A stretch of 64,000 nucleotides of DNA from Antechinus flavipes. Lineage: Eukaryota. The DNA is taken from assembly GCF_016432865.1 (NCBI RefSeq), contig NC_067400.1, forward strand, positions 629,362,001-629,426,000, written 5' to 3'. Each line of letters begins with the position of its first letter. Position 1 is the stretch's first letter. Below are positions 10,801 to 21,173 of the stretch, piece after piece. The position numbers were made by a program, and so were the translations under genes. The notes beneath the pieces were generated by a model. It was given only the letters and a program-made list of their open reading frames with translations, was not told the DNA's origin and did no database searches.

Positions 10801-11630
10801 TGATATTGTTACAGTGTTACTATTTAGAGTTGATGACTGTTACAAAGCTGCTGTTCAGAGTTGTTGGTCGTTACAATGTTCCTGTTTAGAGTTGCTGGTA
10901 ATTACAATGCTGCTGGTCAGAGTTGTTGATTGTTACAATGTTCCTATTTAGAGTTGCTGGTAATTGCAATGCTACTGGTCAGAGTTGCTGATTGTTACAA
11001 TGTTGCTGTTACTAGGGATAATGTTCTGCTTATTTCACTTTGCATCCATTCAGGGAAGTCTTTCCAGGTTTCTCTGAGAGCATCTAGTTCATCATTTCAT
11101 TTCTTTTCTTTTTTTTTTTTTAATTTTTAATTTTATTTATTTATTTTTTTAATAGCTTTTTATTTACAAGTTATATGCATGGGTATAGAGTTGCTGATAA
11201 TTACAATGCTACTGGTCAGAGGTGCTGATTGTTACAATGTTGCTGTTACTAGGGATAATGTTCTGCTTATTTCACTTTGCATCCATTCAGGGAAGTCTTT
11301 CCAGGTTTTTCTGAGAGCATCTAGTTCATCATTTCATTTCTTTTTTTTTTTTTTTTTTTTTAATTTTTTATTTAATTAATTTATTTTTTTAATAGCTTTT
11401 TATTTACAAGTTATATGCATGGGTATAGAGTTGCTGATAATTACAATGCTACTGGTCAGAGTTGCTGATTGTTACAATGTTGCTGTTACTAGGGATAATG
11501 TTCTGCTTATTTCACTTTGCATCCATTCAGGGAAGTCTTTCCAGGTTTTTCTGAGAGCATCTAGTTCATCATTTCATTTCATTTTTTTTTTTAATTTTTA
11601 ATTTTATTTATTTATTTTTTAATAGCTCTC
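10800..11630. repeat. ~30-bp minisatellite followed by three tandem copies of a 237-240-bp unit containing an L1 poly(T) stub
   Basis: TAGAG unit starts at 10949, 11186 and 11426. The units are near-identical apart from poly(T) length. Confidence 0.9.
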
Positions 11631-12096
11631 TGGGAGCAGGTTTCTTGGGGGGCTTCTGGAGGCAGCCTTAGTTTCAGTTCAGTATAATAGTCACCTCAAA
11701 TGCAGCCAGGAGTTAAAGTCCAAATTCTTTTCTCCTTCGAAGTCTTGAATCTTTTCCTGGGGCCTGGTTAGCTTTAATAGAGGCCTATCTCTCTCCTTGG
11801 TTCCACGAGCTCCTGCCGCTAATCCTTTGTCTCTGCCAGTTTCAGGCTCCAGCCAGCACAAAGGTGAAAGATAGAATGAATCTGTCTCCTCCTCTGAGAG
11901 TGGGCTTGTCCCTTTAGTGTTTTGTCCTTTTGTGGGCTCCTCCTTATATATGATCTCTTAAAGGTGTGAATCTTGTGGAACACTAATAAGTACTAAGTAC
12001 ATTAGTGAACTAGAGAACTGTTAAGTACCATGCTAAATTAGATAAGTATTGTCTCTATCAATTCCAGTGACTTAGCACCTTGTAAAAATCCTAACA
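11625..12096 (-). mobile_element. ERV solo LTR (one end truncated)
   Basis: Ends ...AATCCTAACA. It is collinear with 52946-53606 (GGGAGCAGGTTTCTTGGGG, AAATGCAGCCAGG, ACCATGCTAAATTAGATAA). TATA-like motif on the minus strand. Confidence 0.75.
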
Positions 12097-12099
12097 TTT

Positions 12100-12520
12100 T
12101 TTCCTTTTTTAAAAATTCTCTTTGGGATACAGACCTAAGAGTGGTATTGTTTGATCAAAAAATATGCATGATTTTATAGCTCTTTGTTCCAAATGACTCA
12201 AGGGAATGGCAGAATGGTGCTTTACCAGTAGTGCATAAGTATCTCAATTTTCCCACACCTCCACTGACATTTATCATTTTCTTTTCTGTCATATTAGCCA
12301 ATGAGACAGGTGTGAAGTAGTATCTCAGATCTCTATTAATTTGCATTTCTCTAATCCAGAGTGACTTAGAGTATTTTTTGGTGACTTTATGTAGTTTACC
12401 TCATCTCGACAGGACCAATTCATATCCTTTGACCATTTAACAATTAAGGAATGGCTCTTATTTCTACAAATTTGACTGAGTTTTCTATATTTTTGAGAAA
12501 TGCTCGTCTTTATCAGAGAT
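12100..12520 (-). mobile_element. L1 ORF2 3' fragment
   Basis: Typical reverse L1 text (GGTGTGAAGTAGTATCTCAGA..TTAATTTGCATTTCTCTAAT, CATATCCTTTGACCATTTA). Confidence 0.7.
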
Positions 12521-12861
12521 GTAATTGTTTTTCACTGTTATGATTATTATACATTTCCCTCCATTCTATTCTTTCCTCCCCTCTATCCCACTCTCTCCTT
12601 TTACCCTGTCCATCCTCAAAAATGCTTTGCTTCTGATTTTTACCTCTCCTGACCCATATTGGGGGACAGGGACATTTCCTCAGATCAGAGGAAGGGGGAA
12701 TTCCCCAACCCTGTCAGCTGAGGCACTGCCTCCAATTTTATTTAAAAATGTAGGCCATTCTCTCACCTATTTCTTCCACTTTTCTTCATCTCCTATCACT
12801 CAAGGTGCCATCTGCCATTATTTCCTTCTTCCCTCCTAGTGTCACATAACAAAATGACCTT

Positions 12862-12899
<38 letters not shown>

Positions 12900-12901
<2 letters not shown>

Positions 12902-14540
12902 AAGGCTAACCTCTATAGCACATTTCATCCCCTCTTCTTCAAGAGATTACACCTCATTTCTCTTATCATGTATCTTCAATCTCCCTCTCTTATTCCTCAA
13001 TATGCCCATGTCTTCGCCATCCTAAAAAGGACTTTTACTTGATTCCTGTATCCCTGCTATCTATGGCCATATATCTCTTTGTATCCTTTGTGGCTTTGTA
13101 GCTAAGCTCCTGGATAAGGCTGTCTACACTAGGTGCTTTCATTTTCTGCTCTCTCCCTCTCTTCTTAACCCTTTACAATCTGGTTTCCAACCCTATCATT
13201 CCTCAGAAAGTGCTCTCTCTACAGTTACCAATGACCTTTTGGTCTCCAGATACAATGGCCTCATTCTCCTTGCCCTCCCGGCAACCTTTAGCACTACGGA
13301 TCACTCTCTGCCTCTTCATACTCCCTTCTCTAGGTTTTTAGGCCAGTCCTCTCTTCTGCTTCTCCACCTATCTCTCTAAGTGCTCCTCTGATTTCTTTGC
13401 TGCATTCTCCTACAGAACGTGCCCTCTAAGCCATAGGTGTCCTTCAAGGCTCTGTCCTGGACCCTCTTCTATGGCTCCTCCCTGTTACTTGAGGATCTCC
13501 TCAGCTTCCATGAATTTAATTATCATCTCTGTGCCGATGATTTTCAAATCTACTTTTTCTGCCTCCAACTGTCTGTTGACTTCCAATGTTGAATCATCAG
13601 TTACCTTTCAGACATCTAGAACAGGTTGTCCAGTAGACATCATAAATTTAACACGTCTAAAACAGAACTCATTATCTTTCCTGCTAACCCTCGACCCCTC
13701 TATCCTCCCAATCTCTCTGGCTTCCAACTCAGAAGTCATCCTTGACTTCCACTTTCTCTCATCCTCCTCCTAAACAAAAAGGGGCCAAAGTGTTCTCAGT
13801 TTCGCCTTTGTATCATCTCTTGTCAGTTTACCTCTGCAATATTTCCCAGCATGTTCCCTTTTTTTCTCTGATACTGCCTTCGTCCCGGCAGAAACCTTTT
13901 TCACCTCACCTGGACAACTGTGATATTACTGGCAGACCTTCCCTTCTTGATTCTCTCCCCATTCCGGTTCATTCTTCATTTAGTCACTAAAATGATTTTT
14001 TTTTAAAGCACAGACATGTCTGATCATGTCTCCCACTCAATAAAATCCAGTGGGTCCCTATTACCTCCAGGACCAAATACCTAATGCTCTGTCTGGACTT
14101 CAAAGCCCTCTCTAACCTTCAATCACTTCTACCAGTCTCTTTATTCCTTAGTGTCTTCCATGTATCCCAGTGACAAAGGCCTCTTGGCTGATCCATGAAG
14201 AACCACCCTACCTCCTCCACCACCATTTCCGCTCTGGGCATGATCTCTGACTGTCCATCAGGCCCAGCATGCGCTCCTTCCTCTGCTCTGACTACTGATC
14301 TTCCTGGTTTCCTTTAAGTCCCAACTAAAATCCCCCCTTCTATGGGAAATCTTCTCCCTTAAATCCAGGGCCTTCCTCCCTTAATTCTTTTCTATGGATT
14401 CTGTATTTAACTTGATGGTAGATTTGCTTGTTTTCTCCATCAGATTGTGAGCTCTTGGAGGACAGGAGCTGTGCTCTGCCTCTCCAGAGCTTAACACAGT
14501 GCTTGGTACCTGGGAGGCACAGAATGAACAAGCTTCCTTC
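12900..14540 (+). mobile_element. L2 LINE remnant (RT domain and 3' end)
   Basis: Degenerate RT motifs: LQSGFQP.H, and SFHEFNYHLCADDFQIY at ~13500-13555 (L2 HGFNYHLYADD). L2-type 3' end GAGCTTAACACAGTGCTTGG...GAATGAA at ~14490-14530. Confidence 0.8.
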
Positions 14541-14739
14541 TTATCTGTACCCAGGAGACCCTCCTATCTTAACCCCCTCCCTTCCCTCATGGGAGGAAGG
14601 GAGAGTTAATTCTTCAAGCCCAGAGCCCGGCCTGGGAGATTTCGCCTGTAATCATACATTCACATCGCACTCTCTGCCTGACTCTCGAGGACCCCATTTG
14701 GACTTTCTTGTCACAGACACGGAGAGATTGGCCATTTAC

Positions 14740-15045
14740 TTCTCTAGCACATTTTATAGATGAGGAAACCGGAGCCAGCCGAGAACACCGAAGTGTCTGG
14801 AACAGCATTTGAGCTCCACTGGTGTCTCCCCGACCCCATCCGCTGCTCAGCAGAGGGCCTGCTTTGTGCTAAAGGCTCTGCTAAATTAGGTCATGTGATC
14901 CTCCTAACTCAGGAGCTCCGTTTCACAGATGAGGAAACTGAGGCACACCGTTCGCCCCAGGTCACGCTGCTAGAAGTGTCCCAGACTGCTCTGGAACTTC
15001 AGACTTCGGGCACAGGGCTCTATGCTCATGGCGCCCCCTAGAGGC
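14740..15045 (-). mobile_element. MIR/MAR-type SINE fragments
   Basis: Two copies of TTT(T/C)A(T/C)AGATGAGGAAAC(C/T)G core text. Confidence 0.6.
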
Positions 15046-15459
15046 CTCAACCCCGCGAGGGAGAGAGAAAGGGAGAGGAGGAGCTGAGAAAGTGGGAGCC
15101 GCTGAGAGGGCGGGATTAGAGAGGAGGCGGTCCTGGGGTGGAGTCTACGAAGCCGGGGCTAAGGAAGGAGGAGCTAAGGCAACGTCCGGGTTAGAGGAGG
15201 GGAAGCCTGAGGAGGAAGGATAGAGGCGTGACTTAGAGAAGGGGTGGGACTGAGGGGGAGGGGAGGGCAGGTTTGGGGTTGAAAGGAAGAGTGGGAAATA
15301 AGGGGGCAGAATTCAAAGGAACTAGGATAGGGGGCCTGAAAGGAGGAGTTTAGATAAGAAGGAAGCCATGGGGGGAGGAGAGAGAAGTGTGAGGGTGACA
15401 GATAAAGGGGATGGGATGGAGGGAGGGGCTTAGAGGGCGGGAGAAAGGGAAGGGACGGA

Positions 15460-15964
15460 AGCTGGCCCTAGTGCGCAGGTGCAGGTGGAGGCTCCGCGCA
15501 GAAGAAGGCACGCCTCTTCTCTCCGGTTCCCTCATCCTTCACTCTCCATCCCCGGGAGCTCTACACTTTGCGCACGCGCAGTTTTTTCCGCTCTTCCTCC
15601 CCGCCCCTTCCCCTCTTCCCTCTTCCCCCCTTCCCCCCTCCCCAGCCTTCCCTCGGATCTCCCAGTGCGCAGGCGGAGGCTGCTTGCACACGACCCTTCG
15701 CTCCGTTAGCAGTGCGCAGGCTCAATCTCCTCCGCTCTTCGCCCTCCCTCCCCTCTCCACGCCAGCGACCTCCTCTTCTCCCCGCTTCCAGCCGGAGTCC
15801 TTACGTTGCTTCCGCTTCCGGTGGCCGGCCCGGCGATCGACGCGGGAGGGGGCGGGGGCCGCGGGGCGGGGGGCGGCACTTCCGGTCGGGCCTTCGGGTC
15901 TCCCCGGAGCTGCGGCACCTCCTCCGCCCGCCCGCCCCCCGGTCTGCCCCCGGCCCCGGCCCAG
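15460..15964 (+). promoter_or_regulatory. ZNF865 CpG-island promoter and non-coding exon 1
   Basis: NRF1-like TGCGCACGCGCA (~15568), three AGTGCGCAGG motifs and ETS CTTCCGGT (~15814, ~15878). Consensus donor CAG|GTGAGT at 15964/15965. Matching acceptor CACAG| at 18047/18048. Confidence 0.75.
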
Positions 15965-16465
15965 GTGAGTGACATGCGAGGCCCGGGGGTGCCCCGGAGC
16001 CGCCCCCTGTCCGGCCCGGCGCCTGCAGTTCCCCCGGCCGGAAGAGGGCTTGGGGATCCTCCCGCCAGCGGGGGCGCGCTGGGAGATTCCCCCCCCAGGA
16101 CCCGGGGTCTAAGAGGACTTGAGTAGGGGGCACTGGGAGGTCCACCCCGTACCGGGAGGGCTCTTAGAGGGTCTCCTCCCCTCCCTCCAGGCCGGGGTCC
16201 GAGGGGCCTCCAGTCTCGAACGGCGCTTGGAGATCCTTACTGTGCCTTGAGCGCGCTTAGAGATCTGCCGGCCGCTGCCGCCCCGGACCGGAGAGGAGGG
16301 CGCTTGGAGATCCCTCCCGGAGTCCCCCGGGCCCTGAAGCGTTTGGGGCGGGAAGGGGTGTTCCGGTATTCTCCCCTGCAGACCGGCCCCCTCTGGGTCC
16401 TGGGGCGGGGTGGGGGTGGGACTGTTTGGGAGGCTCTTGGAGGTCCTCCCCTGCAGGGAAATGCG

Positions 16466-17192
16466 CTTAGAGATCCTCCCTGAGAGAAGAGGAGGAGGAG
16501 GGTCTTAGTGCTTGGAGAGCCTCCCTTAGGGAGGAGGAGGAGGGTCTTAGTGCTAGGAGGAAGGTCTCAGTGCTTGGAGATCCTCCCCTAGGGAGGAGGA
16601 GGAGGGTCTTAGTGCTTGGAGATCCTCATTAGAGAGGAGGAGGAGGGTCTCAGTGCTTGGAGGAAGGTCTTAATGCTTGAAGATCCTCCCCTAGGGAGGA
16701 GGAGGAGGGTCTTAGTGCTTGGAGATCCTCCCCTAGGGAGGAGGAGGAGGGTCTCAGTCCTTGGAGAGCCTCCCCTAGGGAGGAGGAGGAGGGTCTCAGT
16801 GCTAGGAGATCGTCCCCTAGGGAGGAGGAGGAGGGTCTCAGTTCTAGGAGGAGGGTCTCAGTGCTTGGAGATCCTCCCCTAGGGAGGAGGAGGAGGGTCT
16901 TAGTGCTAGGAGGAAGGTCTTAGTGCTTGAAGATCCTCCCCTAGGGAGGAGGAGGAGGGTCTTAGTGCTTGGAGATCCTCATTAGAGAGGAGGAGGAGGG
17001 TCTCAGTGCTTGGAGGAAGGTCTTAATGCTTGAAGATCCTCCCCTAGGGAGGAGGAGGAGGGTCTTAGTGCTTGGAGATCCTCCCCTAGGGAGGAGGAGG
17101 AGGGTCTTAGTGCTTGGAGATCCTCCCCTAGGGAGGAGGAGGAGGAGGGTCTCAGTGCTAGGAAGAAGGTCTTAGTGCTTGGAGATCCTCCC
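16466..17192. repeat. ~42-bp VNTR (CCTCCCCTAGGGAGGAGGAGGAGGGTCTTAGTGCTTGGAGAT) in ZNF865 intron 1
   Basis: Direct inspection. It includes shorter variant units and a 353-bp higher-order repeat (identical ORF starts at 16616 and 16969). Confidence 0.92.
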
Positions 17193-18074
17193 CAGACTGA
17201 CAGCATTCCCAGAGGACTCCAGGCTTAGAAGGGACTTGGAGATCATTTCCAAGTAGGGACAGCTTTGAAATGGCCATCATCTCCAGTAGATCCCTCATCT
17301 TCCCCTTAGCCTTTCCTTCAACCCGTTGTACAGATGGGAAAATTGAGGCAAGTCTGGTTCCACCCAGGGGTTCTAGCCCTGCCGGGGCCTTGAGTAGCTC
17401 CAGGCTCCCCAGGCCAGGCCTTCTGCTCCCCAGCAGGGGGTGGGGGTGGGATGGCGGAGACCTTGGGAAGCCCCGAAGCCTTTAACTGGGCTGGGGATGC
17501 TTGTGTGAAAGAGGGGGGCGCTTTGAGTGACTGGGGGGTTCCCCGATGGATGGTTGCGGCCTGGGAGCGGGGATGAGGAGAAGGGGGCAGACGGGGCCCC
17601 CGAGACCGATTTCCTCCGTTTACCCCCTGCCTGAATCGGGGGCCATTTGCGGCCCTCACTTTACTCCTCTTCCGGGGCCCGGAAGGGAAGGACTGAAGAG
17701 AGACTCGGGGGAGATGGGGCGGGGGGCAGGCCCTGAGGCCCCAGAGCATGCTGGGATTAGGGAGGAATCTTTACTTAGCTTCTCTGTGTCCCTTCCAGGG
17801 AGAGCCCCCCCTCGCTGCCCCCCCGCAATGGGAGATAAGGGGAGAAGCTGAGAAGAGACTCGGGGAGGGCCTGAGCGGGGAATGGAGCAGACTTGGGGTG
17901 AGACTGACAGGGTAAGACGGAGGAAGGGAGACTGAGGAGGAGGCTGAGGGTAAGGCCGAGAGGGAGCCGGGCTGGGGCGGGGCCCCGGAGGGGTTCGGCG
18001 GGGCCCGGGCTCCGGGGCCTCACTCGACTCCCTTCTCCCCGTCACAGAGAGGACTGCTCTCCCCGCTGCCCGCG

Positions 18075-19378
18075 ATGGAGGCGAACCCCGGCGGCGGCGG
18101 GGGCGGGAGCGGCGTGGGGGGCGAGGACGGCGTCCACTTCCAGAGTTATCCCTTTGACTTTCTGGAGTTCCTCAACCATCAGCGTTTCGAACCCATGGAG
18201 CTGTACGGTGAGCACGCCAAAGCCGTGGCGGCCCTGCCCTGCCCGCCGGGGCCGCCTCCCCAGGCCCCCCCCCAGCCCCCGCCCCCCCAGTACGACTACC
18301 CGCCACCGCCACCGGCCTTCAAGCCCAAAGCCGAGACGCCCTCCTCGTCGTCCTCCTCGTCCTCGTCCTCGTCCTCCTCGTCCTCGTCCTCGTCGTCGTC
18401 CTCCTCCTCCGCCTCCCAGGCCAAGAAGCCCGAGCCGGCTCTGCCCCCGGGCTTCGGGGCGCCCCCGCCCCCGCCCCCGCCCCTCTTCGATGCTGCCTTT
18501 CCCGCCCCACAGTGGGGGATCGTGGACCTCTCTGGGCACCAGCACCTTTTTGGGAACCTCAAGCGGCCCGGGACGGCGGGCGGGCCCGGGGCCGGGCCGG
18601 CCACGCCGGGGCCCCTGCCCAGCCCCAGCCCCGGGCCCCCGGGGGCTCCCGGAAGCGGGGAGCTGGGCGCGGGCGCCAAGGACGACAAGGGCTACTTCCG
18701 CCGGCTGAAGTACCTGATGGAGCGGCGCTTCCCCTGCGGGGTCTGCCAGAAGTCCTTCAAGCAGTCCTCGCACCTGGTGCAGCACATGCTGGTGCACTCC
18801 GGGGAGCGGCCCTACGAGTGCGGCGTCTGCGGGCGCACCTACAACCACGTCTCCAGCCTCATCCGCCACCGCCGCTGCCACAAGGACGCGCCCCCGCTGC
18901 CCGGGGCCCCGCAGGCCCCGCCCCCGCCGCCGCTGCCCCCCCTGGCCCCCGCCTCCTCCGCCGGCGTGGACGGCGGGCCCCCGCCCCCCGGGGTGGCCCC
19001 TGGGGCCCCGGGCGCCGGCGGCGAGGGCCCTTTCACCTGCCCCCTGTGCTGGAAAGTCTTCAAGAAGCCCAGCCACCTCCACCAGCACCAGATCATCCAC
19101 ACGGGCGAGAAGCCCTTCTCCTGCACCGTGTGCAACAAGAGCTTTAACCGCCGCGAGAGCCTCAAGCGCCACGTGAAGACGCACTCGGCGGACCTGCTGC
19201 GGCTGCCCTGCGGCGTGTGCGGGAAGGCCTTCCGCGACGCCGCTTACCTCCTGAAACACCAGGCGGCCCACGCGGCCGCCGCCGGCGCCCCGGCGCCCCG
19301 GCCCGAGTATCCCTGCGACCTGTGCGGCAAGTCCTACTCCGCCCCGCAAAGCCTGCTGCGCCACAAGGCGGCCCACAG

Positions 19379-19420
<42 letters not shown>

Positions 19421-21173
19421 GGCCCCCGAGGTCCCCAAGGACGGAACGACCCCGGCCCCGCCCCCCACCTTCCCCCCCGGGCCCTATCTCCTGCCCCCAG
19501 ACCCGCCGGGCGACAGCGGAGAGAAGGCGGCCGCGGCGGCGGCCGCGGCCGCGGCCGTGGTCTACGGGGCCGTCTCGGTGCCGCTGCTGGGGGCCCACCC
19601 GCTGCTGCTGGGGGGCGCGGGAGGCCCCGCGGGAGGTGGGGGCGCGGGGGCCGTGGGGCCGGGGGCCCCCGCCCCGGGCAAGACCTTCTGCTGCGGGATC
19701 TGCGGCCGGGGCTTCGGGCGCCGGGAGACGCTGAAGCGCCACGAGCGGATCCACACGGGGGAGAAGCCCCACCAGTGTCCCGTGTGCGGGAAGCGCTTCC
19801 GCGAGTCCTTCCACCTGAGCAAGCACCACGTGGTGCACACGCGGGAGCGGCCCTACAAGTGCGAGCTGTGCGGCAAGGTCTTCGGCTACCCGCAGAGCCT
19901 CACGCGCCACCGCCAGGTGCACCGCCTGCAGCTGCCCTGCGCGCTGGCCGCCCCCGCCGGCCTGGCCCCGGCCGCCGGCCCCGGGGCCGGGCAGGCCTCG
20001 GCCGCCGCCGGCGCCGCCCCCCCCGAGGGCCTCAGCTACGCCTGTTCGGACTGCGGCGAGCACTTCCCCGACCTCTTCCACGTCATGAGCCACAAGGAGG
20101 CGCACATGGCCGAGAAGCCTTACGGCTGCGACGCCTGCGGCAAGGCTTTCGGCTTCATCGAGAACCTCATGTGGCACAAGCTGGTCCACCAGGCGGCCCC
20201 CGAGCGCCTCCTGCCGCCCCCGGCCCCCGACGGGCCCGGCCCCGACGCCCCGGCCGCCGGCCTGGACAACGGGCTGGCCGGGGAGGTGGGGGCGGCCGTG
20301 GCGGCCCTGGCCGCGGGGGAGGAGGCGGGCGCGGGAGTCGGGGCGGGGGCGGGGCCCGGCCCCGGGGGCCCCGAGCGCTTCAGCTGCGCCACCTGCGGCC
20401 AGAGCTTCAAGCACTTCCTGGGGCTGGTGACCCACAAGTACGTGCACCTGGTGCGGCGGACGCTGGGCTGCGGCCTGTGCGGCCAGAGCTTCGCCGGCGC
20501 CTACGACCTGCTCCTGCACCGCCGCAGCCACCGCCAGAAGCGCGGCTTCCGCTGCCCCGTGTGCGGCAAGCGCTTCTGGGAGGCGGCGCTGCTGATGCGC
20601 CACCAGCGCTGCCACACGGAGCAGCGGCCCTACCGCTGCGGCGTCTGCGGCCGGGGCTTCCTGCGCTCCTGGTACCTGCGGCAGCACCGCGTGGTGCACA
20701 CGGGCGAGCGCGCCTTCAAGTGCGCCGTGTGCGCCAAGCGCTTCGCCCAGTCCTCCAGTCTGGCCGAGCACCGCCGCCTGCACGCCGTGGCCCGGCCCCA
20801 GCGCTGCGGCGCCTGCGGCAAGACCTTCCGCTACCGCTCCAACCTGCTGGAGCACCAGCGGCTGCACCTGGGCGAGCGGGCCTACCGCTGCGAGCACTGC
20901 GGCAAGGCCTTCTTCTACCTGAGCTCGGTGCTGCGGCACCAGCGGGCCCACGAGCCCGCGCGGCCCGAGCTGCGCTGCCCGGCCTGCCTCAAGGTCTTCA
21001 AGGACCCCGGTTACTTCCGCAAGCACCTGGCCGCCCACCAGGGCGGCCGGCCCTTCCGCTGCGCGGCCTGCGGGGAGGGCTTCTCCAACACGTATGGCCT
21101 TAAGAAGCACCGTCTGATCCACAAGGCTGAGAGGCTGGGAGCCGCCGCCGCCGCCGGGGCCAAGGAGTCCTGA
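18075..21173 (+). CDS. ZNF865: Zinc finger protein 865 (multi-C2H2), 1032 aa, single coding exon
   Basis: MEANP...EDGVHFQSYPFDFLEFLNHQRFEPMELYGEHAKAVAALPC, a poly-Ser tract, DDKGYFRRLKYLMERRFPCGVCQKSFKQSSHLVQH and many C2H2 fingers, matching human ZNF865 as recalled. AATAAA at 21628-21633. Confidence 0.97.

Noticed and set aside
10930-11601. Three similar 60-66-aa hydrophobic ORFs
   Set aside because: They are by-products of the 240-bp triplication. The poly-Phe ends come from poly(T) tracts.
16466-17192. Idea that ZNF524 binds local (C/T)TAGGG-containing arrays as an autoregulatory system
   Set aside because: The hexamers are isolated, mostly CTAGGG, and not tandem TTAGGG. Nothing in the sequence supports binding.
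16616-17206. ORFs with repeating LGDPPLGRRRRV
   Set aside because: They are translations of the intronic VNTR, with TTG starts and no splice support.
18512-21103. Long alternative-frame ORFs (211 and 628 aa) inside ZNF865
   Set aside because: They begin at GTG and are low-complexity R/P/A/G sequence. Near absence of T at third codon positions removes stops in this frame.
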